A stretch of 64,000 nt of DNA from positions 124,001-188,000 of the IMG/VR virus record IMGVR_UViG_3300019458_000021; one strand, given 5' to 3'. Shown here piece by piece: positions 19,668 to 30,368 of this stretch. A program made the translations under genes and the position numbers. The number at the start of each line of letters is the position of its first letter. Positions within the stretch are counted from its first letter, which is position 1. Under the pieces are notes generated by a model. The model was not told the DNA's origin. It saw only the letters and a list, made by a program, of their open reading frames with translations, and did no database searches.

Positions 19668-19882
19668 TCAAGATGTCTGTCTGAGATACGCTATCGCAGC
19701 TTGCAAAATCGCATGCCCTGTTGCTCTCGCAACAGCTGAACATCCTTCAGTGTAATACCATATAGCGATTTAATCCGCGCATTGTGTTTTGGTATTCGTA
19801 GTTTGTCTCGATTATCAGCATGATATTGGCGTTGATAATCTTTATACGCCTGCAAATTTGCTTCAGCCCACTTATTCTGCAT
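19668..19882 (-). pseudogene. endonuclease VII-like HNH gene with catalytic core deleted
   Basis: N-terminal KSLYGITLKDVQLLREQQG joined (frame change) to C-terminal AILQAAIAYLRQTS*; the CxxC/DHDH/RGLLC core is missing. Confidence 0.7.
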
Positions 19883-19900
19883 ACCTTGCCCCCTTGAGAC

Positions 19901-19928
19901 TATTTATCGTTCAATTTCTATGTAAATA
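19901..19928. promoter_or_regulatory. divergent late promoters
   Basis: TATTTAT (19901-19907, minus-strand ATAAATA) and GTAAATA (19922-19928, plus) between divergent operons. Confidence 0.55.
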
Positions 19929-19949
19929 CACGGAACATTTGAGGAACTC

Positions 19950-21107
19950 ATGAGTGTAATCACTACCAGACCAACCGGCGTTGCTGCATGCTGTCCTATT
20001 TTGTCCAATATTCCAGTTGTTGCTCAACTGCAGCCAATTGCTGGAATGGTTATTGTCAATGCCGCTGCCACAACAGCGATTGACGCGATCCCATTGGCGG
20101 ATTATCGTGGTGCGAAATGGTTCGTTGCTGTTGTAAACCACCACACGAACGATGTTGACATGTACGAAGTGTATGGGATCCACCAAGACGGAACAGCACC
20201 GTTCCATACTGTGTATTCGATCCAAGGCAATGGTGTCAATCACACGGTTGATGTCGTGATCAGTGGCGCCAATCTCCAGTTGGAGGTGACAAACAACGAA
20301 TCTAATGAAATAGTTGTTTATGTCACAAGAATGCCTGTACCACGAGTAACTACACCAACTATACCAATTCCTACAGATTTTGAAGCAATCCACGTTATTC
20401 AAATTCCTGACACAACAATTCCTGCTGGGGACACGGTAAATGTTGATACGGTTCCTTTTCGGTATCATAAAGCTGAAAAATGGTTGTTAACACTGCTTGA
20501 TCTTACAGCAGGGAATATTGAAGCACGTGAAGTATACAGCGTGCACGGAGTTGGACAATTCACTGATACGGAATATGCTATTGTAGGTCCTGTAGGAATA
20601 AATGCAACAATCGAAGTCGTTGTTTCTGGTACAACGGTTGTTCTGCGCGTTGAGAACAATGAAGCAAACGACATTGCGATTGTTGGTTCGCGCGTGCCGA
20701 TTTCGACAAATCAAATCACCGTAACAGCTCCGACAACGAATTGTGTAACTATTCCAGGAAATTGCATCGGAGATGTGGACTGCGCGATTCTGTTAACGTA
20801 TGCAACGGGTGTAAGTATTCCACCAGCAACAACGGTAATTGTTGATCAGGTAAATCATGTAAATTATCATCAAGTCAAGTGGTTGTTAGCTGCTTCAGAT
20901 GATTCAACGGATACAACAATGGGCTTTCAAGTGAACATGGTGTCACATTATGGAAACCCATCTCATACTGTTTATTCACAAATTGCTGCTGGATTAAATC
21001 TTGACGTTGATGTCGTGACGTCTGGTTTGAATGTTAATCTAGAAATCACGAACAATGAGGCATTTACCGTCGTTGTCGACGTAGTTCGAGTGCCTGTTTC
21101 AATGTGA
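19950..21107 (+). CDS. virion protein with three tandem beta-sandwich repeats
   Basis: Three KW(F/L)..., (Y/R)EVY..H, ...NL.LE(V/I)TNNE units. Confidence 0.7.
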   Translation: MSVITTRPTGVAACCPILSNIPVVAQLQPIAGMVIVNAAATTAIDAIPLADYRGAKWFVAVVNHHTNDVDMYEVYGIHQDGTAPFHTVYSIQGNGVNHTVDVVISGANLQLEVTNNESNEIVVYVTRMPVPRVTTPTIPIPTDFEAIHVIQIPDTTIPAGDTVNVDTVPFRYHKAEKWLLTLLDLTAGNIEAREVYSVHGVGQFTDTEYAIVGPVGINATIEVVVSGTTVVLRVENNEANDIAIVGSRVPISTNQITVTAPTTNCVTIPGNCIGDVDCAILLTYATGVSIPPATTVIVDQVNHVNYHQVKWLLAASDDSTDTTMGFQVNMVSHYGNPSHTVYSQIAAGLNLDVDVVTSGLNVNLEITNNEAFTVVVDVVRVPVSM

Positions 21108-21113
21108 TAAATA
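21107..21113 (+). promoter_or_regulatory. late promoter ATAAATA
   Basis: Upstream of the 21136 gene. Confidence 0.6.
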
Positions 21114-21135
21114 ACTGATAACAAAGGATTGCTAG

Positions 21136-24100
21136 ATGCGCGATTTTCACCGTATAACGAAAGGTTTGGAGATTGATAGAGCTGCGCGAGTTCTTCAAGG
21201 GAGCGGTGCTCCAGGAACAACCACTGATACAAATACAGCACAGATTGGTTCGCTCTATCTTAACACACTTGGTGATTTGTCTGTTAAACAATTAGCTGGA
21301 TCAGGTACTAACAAGTGGCAAACGCTAGCAACCGAGTCTTTTGTCCTCTCTGCACTATCATGGCGTGAACCAGTCGAAGTCGCTGACACAACATCTGCTG
21401 TTCTACCGTCTGGAACACCCGGCAATCCAATTATCGTCGACGGTGAATCAATTACTGATGGTCAACGAGTTCTATTTGCAATAATTAGTGGTGGCAACGG
21501 CCCAAATATTTACATCTATGATCAACCGTCAGGCTTATTCACAGAGGATACAAATCCTGAAACACAAGGTGATAGCGTAGTAGTTAAACGTGGCACATAT
21601 GCCAACCGTCGATTTGTGTTCGATTCTGTTTCGTGGCTAACATATGACGCGCTATTTCAAAACACAGTTGTCGTACAAAAGGATCCCGGTATTCATCAAT
21701 TTGATAGCATTAAGGATGCTATTGATTTTGTTGCAGCACAAGTACCAAGTGCTTCAAATCCGTGGGCCGTGTTTGTTTATCCTGGAATTTATACTGAAGA
21801 CACAATTACAGTGCCTCAGTGGACAGCCTTGATGTCTGTTGCGGTTGGAGCAGCGACAATTATACCGTCGGATCCCGATAATGATATCATTGTAATTGGT
21901 GGGTCTTTTGCTGCAATTAATGGTTTTATAATCACTGGTGCAACAGGTGTTGGTGCTGCTGGTGTTCGTGTTAATAGTTCTCCTCTTCCAAGCGTTCTTA
22001 TTCTTAATGAGATTGGAGATTGCTATGAAAACCTAGTACTTGAAACGACTGGTGCGAATGCTATTCCGCTTGCAGGTTTACAAAATCGTCTTGTGGCTGG
22101 TACAGGAACAATTCGCCTCGTTCGTCTTGAAGCAAATGGTAGTGTGCCCGTTACATTTAGGGGCTTTAGTAGCTTTTACATTGATGGACTTAGCACCGGC
22201 TTACAGGACGCGATTCTTATCACGGGAACAGGCGCAGAGATGATTCTTGGAGGTACGCTTGTTTCAAGCACAACCGGTGAAGGTTATGGAATTCGAGTTG
22301 CTGATGGTGGTGTGTGCGCTTCACATTCTGGATTTACTGTTGATGGTTTCGATACAGGAATCTACGGCGAAGCAGGCGGTGCGGCAATTCGTTTTGAAAT
22401 TGACGTTGGTATTGTAAACAGTGGTACACTGGATCTTAATATCGACCATCCATCTGCAACTGGTTTTATTAGTGGAGCATTCGATCCTTCGCTTGTTGTC
22501 ATTGACAATAACAGTACCGTAAGTTTGTTGTTTAATCACACCAACTTTACCAAGGGAATTAGTATTGTAGGTGATTTGTTCCTTGGAACACAAAATGATA
22601 CTAAAACGAACGTGACTGATTTGATTCAGGAATCAACACCTATAGGTGCTCTTAGTGACTTTGAATTTCTTTCTCCAGGCGTCAATCCGTTAGATATAGA
22701 TGTTGCTGCAGGACATGGATACTGTGAGAATACTGTCATTACAAAAAGTCGTCGTGTAGAATGGAGTGCAGCAACACTAACACTCGCCGACGATGCAAAC
22801 AACTTTATCTATGTAACTGCAGCTGGTGTTGTATCAAGTGCAACTAGCGAACCAAATCCAATTGAAACAGTTCGTTTGGGACGAGTTCGTACACAAGACG
22901 GAGCAATTGCATTTATTGCAGAAACAGCACGGTATGCAGAACATTTGTCATCGCTTTTGGATGATTTTCTACGAGATGCAGTCGGTCCATTGTTCACAGA
23001 TGGATGCATTACAACAGAGAATGCAGTTACCGATCGGGCGCTAGACGTTACAAATGGAACATATCGATTTGGACCATTAGTGTTTACGCCAACAGGAGGT
23101 ACTGAAATTTCGTTTATCCCACACTACCACACCGGTGGTGTGTGGGGTGGTAATCCAGCTGAGACGATTGTTGATAACACTCAATATGATGATGGTACAG
23201 ATTTAACAGCATTGACTGCTGGATTTTATACAAAACACGCATTGTATGTCGGCGGACAAGGTGCTGAGGAAACATATAAACTTGTTTATGGTAGTGCTGA
23301 GTATGCCACACAAAATGGTGCGGAAACTGCTCCACTGCCCGCACCGCCACCATACTTTAATGACATTGTTGTGCCAATTGCAGCATTGGTTGTACAAGAA
23401 GGCAATACGAATATCGTGACGATTTTTGACATACGACCAAGAATCGGGTTTGCATCAAGCGTTGCCGGTGTAACGGATCATGGTGATTTGACGGGTCTAC
23501 TTGATAATGATCATCCACAGTACTTGCTACGAAACGGAACCAACGATATGCTTGGTAACCTGGACATGGGAGGAAATAACATTGTCGATGTGAATTTAGT
23601 TGATGGCATTGATGTAACGGCACATGCATCCCGTCATTTACCGTCCGGTGCGGATGCAATAACGACAGCGTCTGCTGTTGGATTGACACCTTCCTCTACA
23701 AATACAACTGGTACGGCAAACTCGCTTGCGCGAAGCGATCACACTCACCAAGTTACTGGTTTTTCAACGGCAACATTCTTACAACGTTTTACGTTCCAGG
23801 CAGATCAGTTCGATAATCCAGTCACAGCAAACTGGGCAATTAACGCTCTAGCACCAGCGTCCGCAGACACTGCAAACTCTGCTTTGACAGTTCGTCGGTT
23901 TGACGATACAACAGAAGAAGGTGTTGGTGGTCAAGTTACAGTGCCGTCTGGTGCAGTGAATGTCACATTCTATTTCAAGAGTCGAGCACAAACGGCGCCT
24001 GGTGCAACAGCAGGTGTACAACCAACGTTTTACCACCGATTGATTCCTGACAATGCCGCAGTCGGTGCCTGGTCGGCGGCATTGAACTTAACTGCGATTT

Positions 24101-24276
24101 CAATCCCGACAAACACTAACTTCCAGTACGACAGCCAAACAATTTCACTTGCAACGCTTGGTTGGAGTGCTGGAGAACATCGCCAATTTGAGTTGACACG
24201 CCGTGGCACACAAGGGGGCGACACTTTAACAGGCGACTGGGACTTGTTGGAAATGATCATGGAGTTCACAACATGA
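21136..24276 (+). CDS. large fibre/spike protein with probable beta-helix region
   Basis: 1046 aa; FDSIKDAID..VFVYPGIYTE beta-helix entry motif; DHGDLTGLLDNDHPQYL; H.SRHL motif. Confidence 0.65.
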   Translation: MRDFHRITKGLEIDRAARVLQGSGAPGTTTDTNTAQIGSLYLNTLGDLSVKQLAGSGTNKWQTLATESFVLSALSWREPVEVADTTSAVLPSGTPGNPIIVDGESITDGQRVLFAIISGGNGPNIYIYDQPSGLFTEDTNPETQGDSVVVKRGTYANRRFVFDSVSWLTYDALFQNTVVVQKDPGIHQFDSIKDAIDFVAAQVPSASNPWAVFVYPGIYTEDTITVPQWTALMSVAVGAATIIPSDPDNDIIVIGGSFAAINGFIITGATGVGAAGVRVNSSPLPSVLILNEIGDCYENLVLETTGANAIPLAGLQNRLVAGTGTIRLVRLEANGSVPVTFRGFSSFYIDGLSTGLQDAILITGTGAEMILGGTLVSSTTGEGYGIRVADGGVCASHSGFTVDGFDTGIYGEAGGAAIRFEIDVGIVNSGTLDLNIDHPSATGFISGAFDPSLVVIDNNSTVSLLFNHTNFTKGISIVGDLFLGTQNDTKTNVTDLIQESTPIGALSDFEFLSPGVNPLDIDVAAGHGYCENTVITKSRRVEWSAATLTLADDANNFIYVTAAGVVSSATSEPNPIETVRLGRVRTQDGAIAFIAETARYAEHLSSLLDDFLRDAVGPLFTDGCITTENAVTDRALDVTNGTYRFGPLVFTPTGGTEISFIPHYHTGGVWGGNPAETIVDNTQYDDGTDLTALTAGFYTKHALYVGGQGAEETYKLVYGSAEYATQNGAETAPLPAPPPYFNDIVVPIAALVVQEGNTNIVTIFDIRPRIGFASSVAGVTDHGDLTGLLDNDHPQYLLRNGTNDMLGNLDMGGNNIVDVNLVDGIDVTAHASRHLPSGADAITTASAVGLTPSSTNTTGTANSLARSDHTHQVTGFSTATFLQRFTFQADQFDNPVTANWAINALAPASADTANSALTVRRFDDTTEEGVGGQVTVPSGAVNVTFYFKSRAQTAPGATAGVQPTFYHRLIPDNAAVGAWSAALNLTAISIPTNTNFQYDSQTISLATLGWSAGEHRQFELTRRGTQGGDTLTGDWDLLEMIMEFTT

Positions 24277-25643
24277 TGGATTTTGACGGTGTAAATGATT
24301 GGGTGGATTTGCGTGCTGGTGGAGCAGTGCTCGATTTCATCAACGGCGCTTCCGGAACAAGTTTACTAGGGTGGTTTGATTTGGACGCCACAACCGATGA
24401 ACACTTGATTGGACTATCGATAAACAATGGTGGTGTCCCTATTGCTGATTCTCGAGCGGAACTACAGTTAACGCCTGGTGGTGTTCTTGGGTATAACTTT
24501 CGCATTGGTGATGGCGATGCACTTGAGACGGGTGATGATGGTGGTGGAAATGTCGGAACAGCGTTGGCCCATTTCGCGATAACAGCCGACGGTCCCGGTG
24601 ATACTGTTCGTCTGTATCGTAATGGACTGTTGACAGCAACAAATGCTGTGACATTTGCAGGCGCTGCGTTCACTGGTACAGGTTGTGCATCTGCCGCACT
24701 CATGGCTCAGGATGACGGCTTAACACTTTTTGCTGATGGACGTGCAACGGATTTGCGAGTTTACAATCGTGTTTTGTCCGATGCTGAAATTGCTACAATT
24801 TACCAGTCACGTGGACATGATAACATCGTTTCTGGCTTAGTGGCAAAGTATCAGTTAACGGAAGCACCACCTACGGTAACGTTGCAACAGAGTCCGCAAA
24901 TTGCCTCCATTACCAACACTGCATCAGCAACTGATGGTACAACACACAATGTCAGCATGCCTGCAACAGTTAACAAGTCAGATTTGTTGCTGGTCTTTAT
25001 TGTCGTTGAAGGTGACAACACTGCAACTTTTACTCCTACACCGACAGGCTGGACGCCTTTGTTTTCGTCTGGGGCAGGTACCACAAATTTAACAGGAGGA
25101 TTTGCCAAGATTGCCGATGGTACTGAAGGAGGAACAACGGTTGATTTTGCTACGAGCAACACAGGTGGATTTGCGGCACACACGTATCGTATTACTGATT
25201 GGTATGGTACTCTTGCAGGTGTTACCACTGGTACAACGGCAACTTCTGCAGGCACTACTACACCAAATCCTCCAAACAACGCCCCTACCTGGGGTACCAC
25301 AGTCCAACAAACACTATGGATTGCTGTGGTAGGAAGTACCGATGACGATGAAACAGCAACAACAGCTCCTGCTGGGTTTGGTGGTCTAACGTCAACAATT
25401 GTTGGAGGTGGTGCAAACGACGGTGGTGCAATGTCAAGTGCAAATGTTGTGTCCGCTGTTGCGTCTAACAATCCTGGAACGTTTACGCTTACCGGCTCGG
25501 AAGCAACGGTTGCACAAACAATATCGATTCGACCCCAACAAGTTGTTAAGGACTCCTCGATCTCAACTCGCCATGGTACAGCCAATGGTGGAGTTGTTGG
25601 GTTTGAGAACACTGCAATTTCAAAAAGAAGGAGATATCACTAA
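24273..25643 (+). CDS. virion protein with LamG/concanavalin A-like domain
   Basis: MDFDGVNDWV, HFAIT, RLYRNG, DLRVYNRVLSDAEIATIY. Confidence 0.75.
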   Translation: MMDFDGVNDWVDLRAGGAVLDFINGASGTSLLGWFDLDATTDEHLIGLSINNGGVPIADSRAELQLTPGGVLGYNFRIGDGDALETGDDGGGNVGTALAHFAITADGPGDTVRLYRNGLLTATNAVTFAGAAFTGTGCASAALMAQDDGLTLFADGRATDLRVYNRVLSDAEIATIYQSRGHDNIVSGLVAKYQLTEAPPTVTLQQSPQIASITNTASATDGTTHNVSMPATVNKSDLLLVFIVVEGDNTATFTPTPTGWTPLFSSGAGTTNLTGGFAKIADGTEGGTTVDFATSNTGGFAAHTYRITDWYGTLAGVTTGTTATSAGTTTPNPPNNAPTWGTTVQQTLWIAVVGSTDDDETATTAPAGFGGLTSTIVGGGANDGGAMSSANVVSAVASNNPGTFTLTGSEATVAQTISIRPQQVVKDSSISTRHGTANGGVVGFENTAISKRRRYH

Positions 25644-26227
25644 TGGCCGATGCCTTTAATACAGTCACAAAGGAATTGATCCAAAGCGTTGACGCAACGC
25701 TTGTGAGGTCTGATCACATTCTCTTCATTAAAAGCCGTGACAACTCCGACTATCAAGCGTTGGTTCAAGCTGGTGTACCAATGAGATATTGGAAGGTGGT
25801 CGCTGACCGGCTTGTTGAAATGTCAACACCTGAGAAAGATGCCGTTGATGCAATACTGCTTGGCACACTTAAGGATCGTGTTATCAATAAAATCAGTGTG
25901 CAGGAAGAAAAGTACTTCCGTCATGTGGCAACATTTAGCTGGAATGGATTTGCTTTCAGTCTTAGTCTCGATTCACAAGTGAAATGGTTGTACTTGTTTC
26001 AGGCGAGGAACTCTTTGACTTATCCGTATCGCGTGGCTGCACGAAACGATGTCGATTTTTACGACGTTCCAGATGCCAGCACAATTGTGTCGATGTCACA
26101 AGCTGCCATGGCAGCAATGAACAACGTTTTCACTAAAGTAACAACTGCAAAAGAACAAATTAGGCAAGCAACAACTGTCGATGAAATTCAGACGATTTAT
26201 GACAACTTGGTTGCAAGCGTAGGATAA
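25643..26227 (+). CDS. fibre-associated/assembly protein (DUF4376-like C-terminus)
   Basis: FSLSLDSQVKW, AKEQIRQATTVDEI. Confidence 0.55.
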   Translation: MADAFNTVTKELIQSVDATLVRSDHILFIKSRDNSDYQALVQAGVPMRYWKVVADRLVEMSTPEKDAVDAILLGTLKDRVINKISVQEEKYFRHVATFSWNGFAFSLSLDSQVKWLYLFQARNSLTYPYRVAARNDVDFYDVPDASTIVSMSQAAMAAMNNVFTKVTTAKEQIRQATTVDEIQTIYDNLVASVG

Positions 26228-26232
26228 ACACA

Positions 26233-26952
26233 ATGACCACTGATTTCCACCGAGCGAAACGAGGACTAGAGATTGTCGTTAGTCCAACTTCTTTCGTTCA
26301 GTTGTTAACCGACACCGCAGCACCAAACGTGCAGCCAGATGCGCAAAATGCACCAGTCGGTTCATTGTGGATCGTCAACGCGGGCACGCCCATTACAACA
26401 GCCATTTACCAGAAATTCCAGGACGTGTTCAACACAAGTGCAGACTGGGTCAACGTTACAAGTGGTTCAACGGAGGAAGCTGCGATACGAGCGTTCATTG
26501 GTAAGGACGCAGCGGGCATGGAAACGCCAGATTATGCCAACCCAACAGGGGGTGGTCCGTATGATGTTGGTAACATCATTGGTACAAATGACAACCTTGA
26601 ATTAGCCACAGCGAAACTTAACGCTTTTGTCTATCAGAACAACGCTGAGACAAAAGGAACAAACGTACTAACGATTTCAGACACGTTGCCGGTGGGCGTA
26701 AATATTGCAAAATGGCTTGTTCGGGTCAATGGAAATGCTGACCCGACGCGTGTTCGAGCACGTGAAGTATTCGCGATTCGAAATAACGCAAACACCGTTG
26801 ACTTTTCAACATCCAACTTGTTGTCGTTGGGGAGTACAGTTACTGGTTTGACTTACACTGTTACGTCTGTTGGATCGCAGCTGATTTTAACCGTATCGGC
26901 AGCAATAGCATTCGACTATGAAATCAAGCGCTTGGCCGCTGTAGGACCATAA
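26233..26952 (+). CDS. virion protein
   Basis: DFHRAKRGLEI N-terminus shared with 21136 (DFHRITKGLEI); C-terminal AKWLV..RAREVFA unit shared with 19950. Confidence 0.65.
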   Translation: MTTDFHRAKRGLEIVVSPTSFVQLLTDTAAPNVQPDAQNAPVGSLWIVNAGTPITTAIYQKFQDVFNTSADWVNVTSGSTEEAAIRAFIGKDAAGMETPDYANPTGGGPYDVGNIIGTNDNLELATAKLNAFVYQNNAETKGTNVLTISDTLPVGVNIAKWLVRVNGNADPTRVRAREVFAIRNNANTVDFSTSNLLSLGSTVTGLTYTVTSVGSQLILTVSAAIAFDYEIKRLAAVGP

Positions 26953-26953
26953 C

Positions 26954-28417
26954 ATGCCTGATATCTCTCTTGCATATACTTTGAATGAAAATGGTCTGGC
27001 GTTGTTAATCAACGACACGCCAACACATTCATCCGTTACGGCAGGTGTTGCTGATCCAACAGTCACCGGATTTTCAACCGAACAAGGTGCGATTTACCTG
27101 CGCACAGATGGCACCTTGTACATCAAAACTGGCGCATTGGACACGGATTGGTCTATCGCTGCGACGGAAGATTTCGTTGCTGCCGGTTTTCAGCCTTTAG
27201 ATTCCGACCTAACAGCGTTAGCAAGCACGGTTACGACCGGCCTGTATACGATCACCGGTGTCGGAACATCAGCAACTCGATCTCTTGTTCAACCAGCTGC
27301 TGGCATCACAATCACCAATCCAGATGGTGTTGCTGGCAACCCGACGTTTGCACTCGCAAATGATTTGGCTGCATTGGAAGGTTTGGCCGGAACTGGACTT
27401 GCCGTTCGGATCGCTCTTGATACGTGGACCCAACGAACAATTCAAGGAACAACGAACAGAATCTCTGTGTCAGACGGCAACGGTGTTGCAGCTGATCCGG
27501 CAATTGACATTGCTGCAACCTACGTTGGACAAACATCAATTACAACACTTGGTACGATTACAACCGGCGTGTGGAATGGTACAACAATAGCAATTGCCAA
27601 CGGTGGTACAGGACAAACAACGCAAACAGCGGCCTTTGACGCGTTAGCGCCAACAACAACGAAGGGCGATTTGATTGTTCATGATGGTGTTGATAACGTT
27701 CGTCAAGCGGTCGGAACCAACAACTTTGTTTTGACTGCCGACTCATCAACAGGCACGGGCATTAAGTGGGCAGCTGTTGCTGGTACGGTTTTGCAACTGT
27801 ATCACGAAAATCCCGTCACGCCGACAGCAAGTACAGTTGGTGGCAACAACTCAGTTGCAATTGGACAAGGACAAACAGCATCTGGTCAAGACAGCATTGT
27901 TGTGGGTGGAGCCAACAATACAGCTTCAGCTACGTATTCGTTTGCTCAAGGCAATCGTGCCGTAGCAAGCAGTTACGGACAAGCATCCCAAGCAAGTGGA
28001 CGCTTCACGGCAGATGGGGATGCTCAAACGTCCGTGCTTGTTCTACGAACACAAACAATCAATACTGCAACAGTCACTGAAATGTTTCTAGATGGGGTAG
28101 GTGGTACACAACGAATGGTACTCCCGAACGATACAACCTGGGGATTTCGAATTCTTGTTGCTGCTCGTGAAACGGGTGCTGACAACTTCTCTGCAATTTA
28201 CTCATTTGTTGGAGGTATTGATAGAAATGCATCTGCGGCATCAACGGCAATTGTTGGCACAGTCAGCAAGACTGTCGTTGCTGAAGATGACGTTGATTGG
28301 GATTGCAACGTTAACGCTGATACAACTAACGGATCGCTGCGTATTCAAGTTACGGGTGAAGTAGGAGATGACATCAACTGGGTAGCTCGAGTTGAACGGG
28401 TGGAGGTAACAGGCTAA
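26954..28417 (+). CDS. tail fibre-like protein
   Basis: PAAG..NPT.ALANDLAALEG module, YadA-like AIGQGQTAS repeats, C-terminal beta domain. Confidence 0.7.
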   Translation: MPDISLAYTLNENGLALLINDTPTHSSVTAGVADPTVTGFSTEQGAIYLRTDGTLYIKTGALDTDWSIAATEDFVAAGFQPLDSDLTALASTVTTGLYTITGVGTSATRSLVQPAAGITITNPDGVAGNPTFALANDLAALEGLAGTGLAVRIALDTWTQRTIQGTTNRISVSDGNGVAADPAIDIAATYVGQTSITTLGTITTGVWNGTTIAIANGGTGQTTQTAAFDALAPTTTKGDLIVHDGVDNVRQAVGTNNFVLTADSSTGTGIKWAAVAGTVLQLYHENPVTPTASTVGGNNSVAIGQGQTASGQDSIVVGGANNTASATYSFAQGNRAVASSYGQASQASGRFTADGDAQTSVLVLRTQTINTATVTEMFLDGVGGTQRMVLPNDTTWGFRILVAARETGADNFSAIYSFVGGIDRNASAASTAIVGTVSKTVVAEDDVDWDCNVNADTTNGSLRIQVTGEVGDDINWVARVERVEVTG

Positions 28418-28578
28418 TGGAACTTCTCACACGAGCACAAGCCATTAAACTTGATCTACCAAAGTATTTCACTGGAAAACCGTGTAAATATGTTTGTGGT
28501 TTACACTGTTGGGCTAACTTACAGTTACTGGACAAGTCTGCTAATGGAAGTAAGCACGACACATATCAAGCAGACTAG
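28417..28578 (+). pseudogene. HNH endonuclease stub with in-frame internal deletion (53 aa; not in the ORF track)
   Basis: MELLTRAQAIKLDLPKYFTGKPCKY fused to VCGLHCWANLQLLDKSANGSKHD; both halves are typical ends of phage HNH proteins; TAATG coupling. Confidence 0.75.
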
Positions 28579-28593
28579 TAAGGGAGAACTACC

Positions 28594-30366
28594 ATCGATT
28601 TCGATTTTAGTACGGAAACAATCACTCCTACCACAGGTACGACATTAACATTGTCGGCCATTGGTTCCGTCGTGATTCCTTTTGGTGCAACGGGCGATCG
28701 TCCGGGCGTGCCGGGCGCTGGTCACACTCGATACAATACAACTCTAGATACTTTGGAGTTTTATAACGTCACCGCCACCGCATGGCAAATCGCTGGTAAT
28801 ACCGAAACGAATGGTATTGGTGGCCTAACAACAACCGGTGTGGTTGTTCGGACAGGTACTGGTACGTACACAACTCGAACAATTGCCGGTACAGCAAACC
28901 AGATTACATTAACGAATGGTGATGGTGTTGCGGCTGCGCCAACAGTATCAGTACCATCTACATTTATCGCGCCTGGTACGGTTCAAGCCACAGGCAGCTT
29001 CATTGCAGCTACTGCAACCAACTCGTACACCTCAACTACAGGCACAGCAATAACATTACATCCAGGAGCTGCTGCTACAGCAACGTCTGTTGGAAACACT
29101 TTAACGTTGACTGGTGGAGCTGGTGGTGGCACATCTGGCGCCGGTGGTGCACTTACACTTAATGGAGGTGTCCCAACTTCTGGTGCTGGAGGAGCAATCA
29201 CGATCGCAGCTGCAGCAGGCGTCGGTGGCAATAACGTCGGTGGCAACTTGTCGTTAACTTCTGGCAATTCCGTCGGTTCGGGTACAGGCTCAACTGTTAC
29301 GGTTACGTCAGGTGCTGGTGGTTCAACGGGAGTTGGTGGAGCAATCTCTATCACGTCAGGTGCTGGTGGAAGCACATCCGGTTCAAGTGGTGCTATTACA
29401 ATTCTGACGGGAACAGTGACAAGTGGAACACCAGGCACTCTTACATTGCAAACTTCGAATGCGACTGGTACAAACCAAAATGGTAGCAACGTAATTGTTA
29501 CAGCTGGCACTGGTACAGGCAATGGTACAAACGGTTATGTTGACATGAGTGCAACAATTAATAGTTTGTTGCTTCCAACTGGTACAACAGCACAACGCTC
29601 AGGTACAGCTACAGCCGGTATGATCCGTCATAATACCAGCACGAACATTCCTGAAATCTTCCACAGCAGTGAGTGGGTTGAAATTGGTATGGATGGTGCT
29701 CGTGGATTTGGTATGTTGTGGGACGACTTTATCAAAGATGTTCTCAATGGTACGACGTGGGAAGTTACACTTTCGGGTACTGGTGCAACGGTTGATAGTG
29801 TTTCAACGGGGGTTAACTCAACCGACTCGGCACTTGGTGTAATGCAACTTGAAACAGGAACGACAACAACTGGTCGTGCAGCTGTTGGTTCAAGTAATGT
29901 CGGACTTGCTTTTGGATTCGGCTATCACTATCTAGAAATGCGAGTAATGTTCCCAACACTATCAACCGCAGCGCAAGAATATGATGGTTACGCGGGTTTT
30001 ATGGACATGTTTGGAGCAAGTGGTAACGGTACCGACGGTGCGTATTTTCACTATGATAGAAACAACTCGACGAACTGGCGAATTCGTGTCATTGGTGGTG
30101 GCACATCATCCGTAACAAGCACTTCGACAGCTGTTACTGCAGGGCAGTGGTATCGTTTGGGTATTGAAGTAAATGCAGCGGGTACAACCGTTGATTTCTA
30201 TATCAATGGTGTTAATGTTGGTCAACACACGGGCGGTAACATTCCAACTGCTGGTGAATTCTTTGGACTTGGATGGAAAATTGAAAAACAAGCTGGTACA
30301 ACGAACAGAACAATGCTAGTCGATTACATTAAATATGCATATCGATTAACCAATGCAAGGACATAA
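28594..30366 (+). CDS. Gly-rich tail fibre-like protein; probable ATC start
   Basis: SD AAGGGAG then 7 nt then ATC GAT TTC GAT TTT, in frame with the track ORF 28651..30366; (G/S)GAGGAIT repeats; C-terminal lectin-like domain. Confidence 0.7.
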   Translation: MDFDFSTETITPTTGTTLTLSAIGSVVIPFGATGDRPGVPGAGHTRYNTTLDTLEFYNVTATAWQIAGNTETNGIGGLTTTGVVVRTGTGTYTTRTIAGTANQITLTNGDGVAAAPTVSVPSTFIAPGTVQATGSFIAATATNSYTSTTGTAITLHPGAAATATSVGNTLTLTGGAGGGTSGAGGALTLNGGVPTSGAGGAITIAAAAGVGGNNVGGNLSLTSGNSVGSGTGSTVTVTSGAGGSTGVGGAISITSGAGGSTSGSSGAITILTGTVTSGTPGTLTLQTSNATGTNQNGSNVIVTAGTGTGNGTNGYVDMSATINSLLLPTGTTAQRSGTATAGMIRHNTSTNIPEIFHSSEWVEIGMDGARGFGMLWDDFIKDVLNGTTWEVTLSGTGATVDSVSTGVNSTDSALGVMQLETGTTTTGRAAVGSSNVGLAFGFGYHYLEMRVMFPTLSTAAQEYDGYAGFMDMFGASGNGTDGAYFHYDRNNSTNWRIRVIGGGTSSVTSTSTAVTAGQWYRLGIEVNAAGTTVDFYINGVNVGQHTGGNIPTAGEFFGLGWKIEKQAGTTNRTMLVDYIKYAYRLTNART

Positions 30367-30368
30367 TA

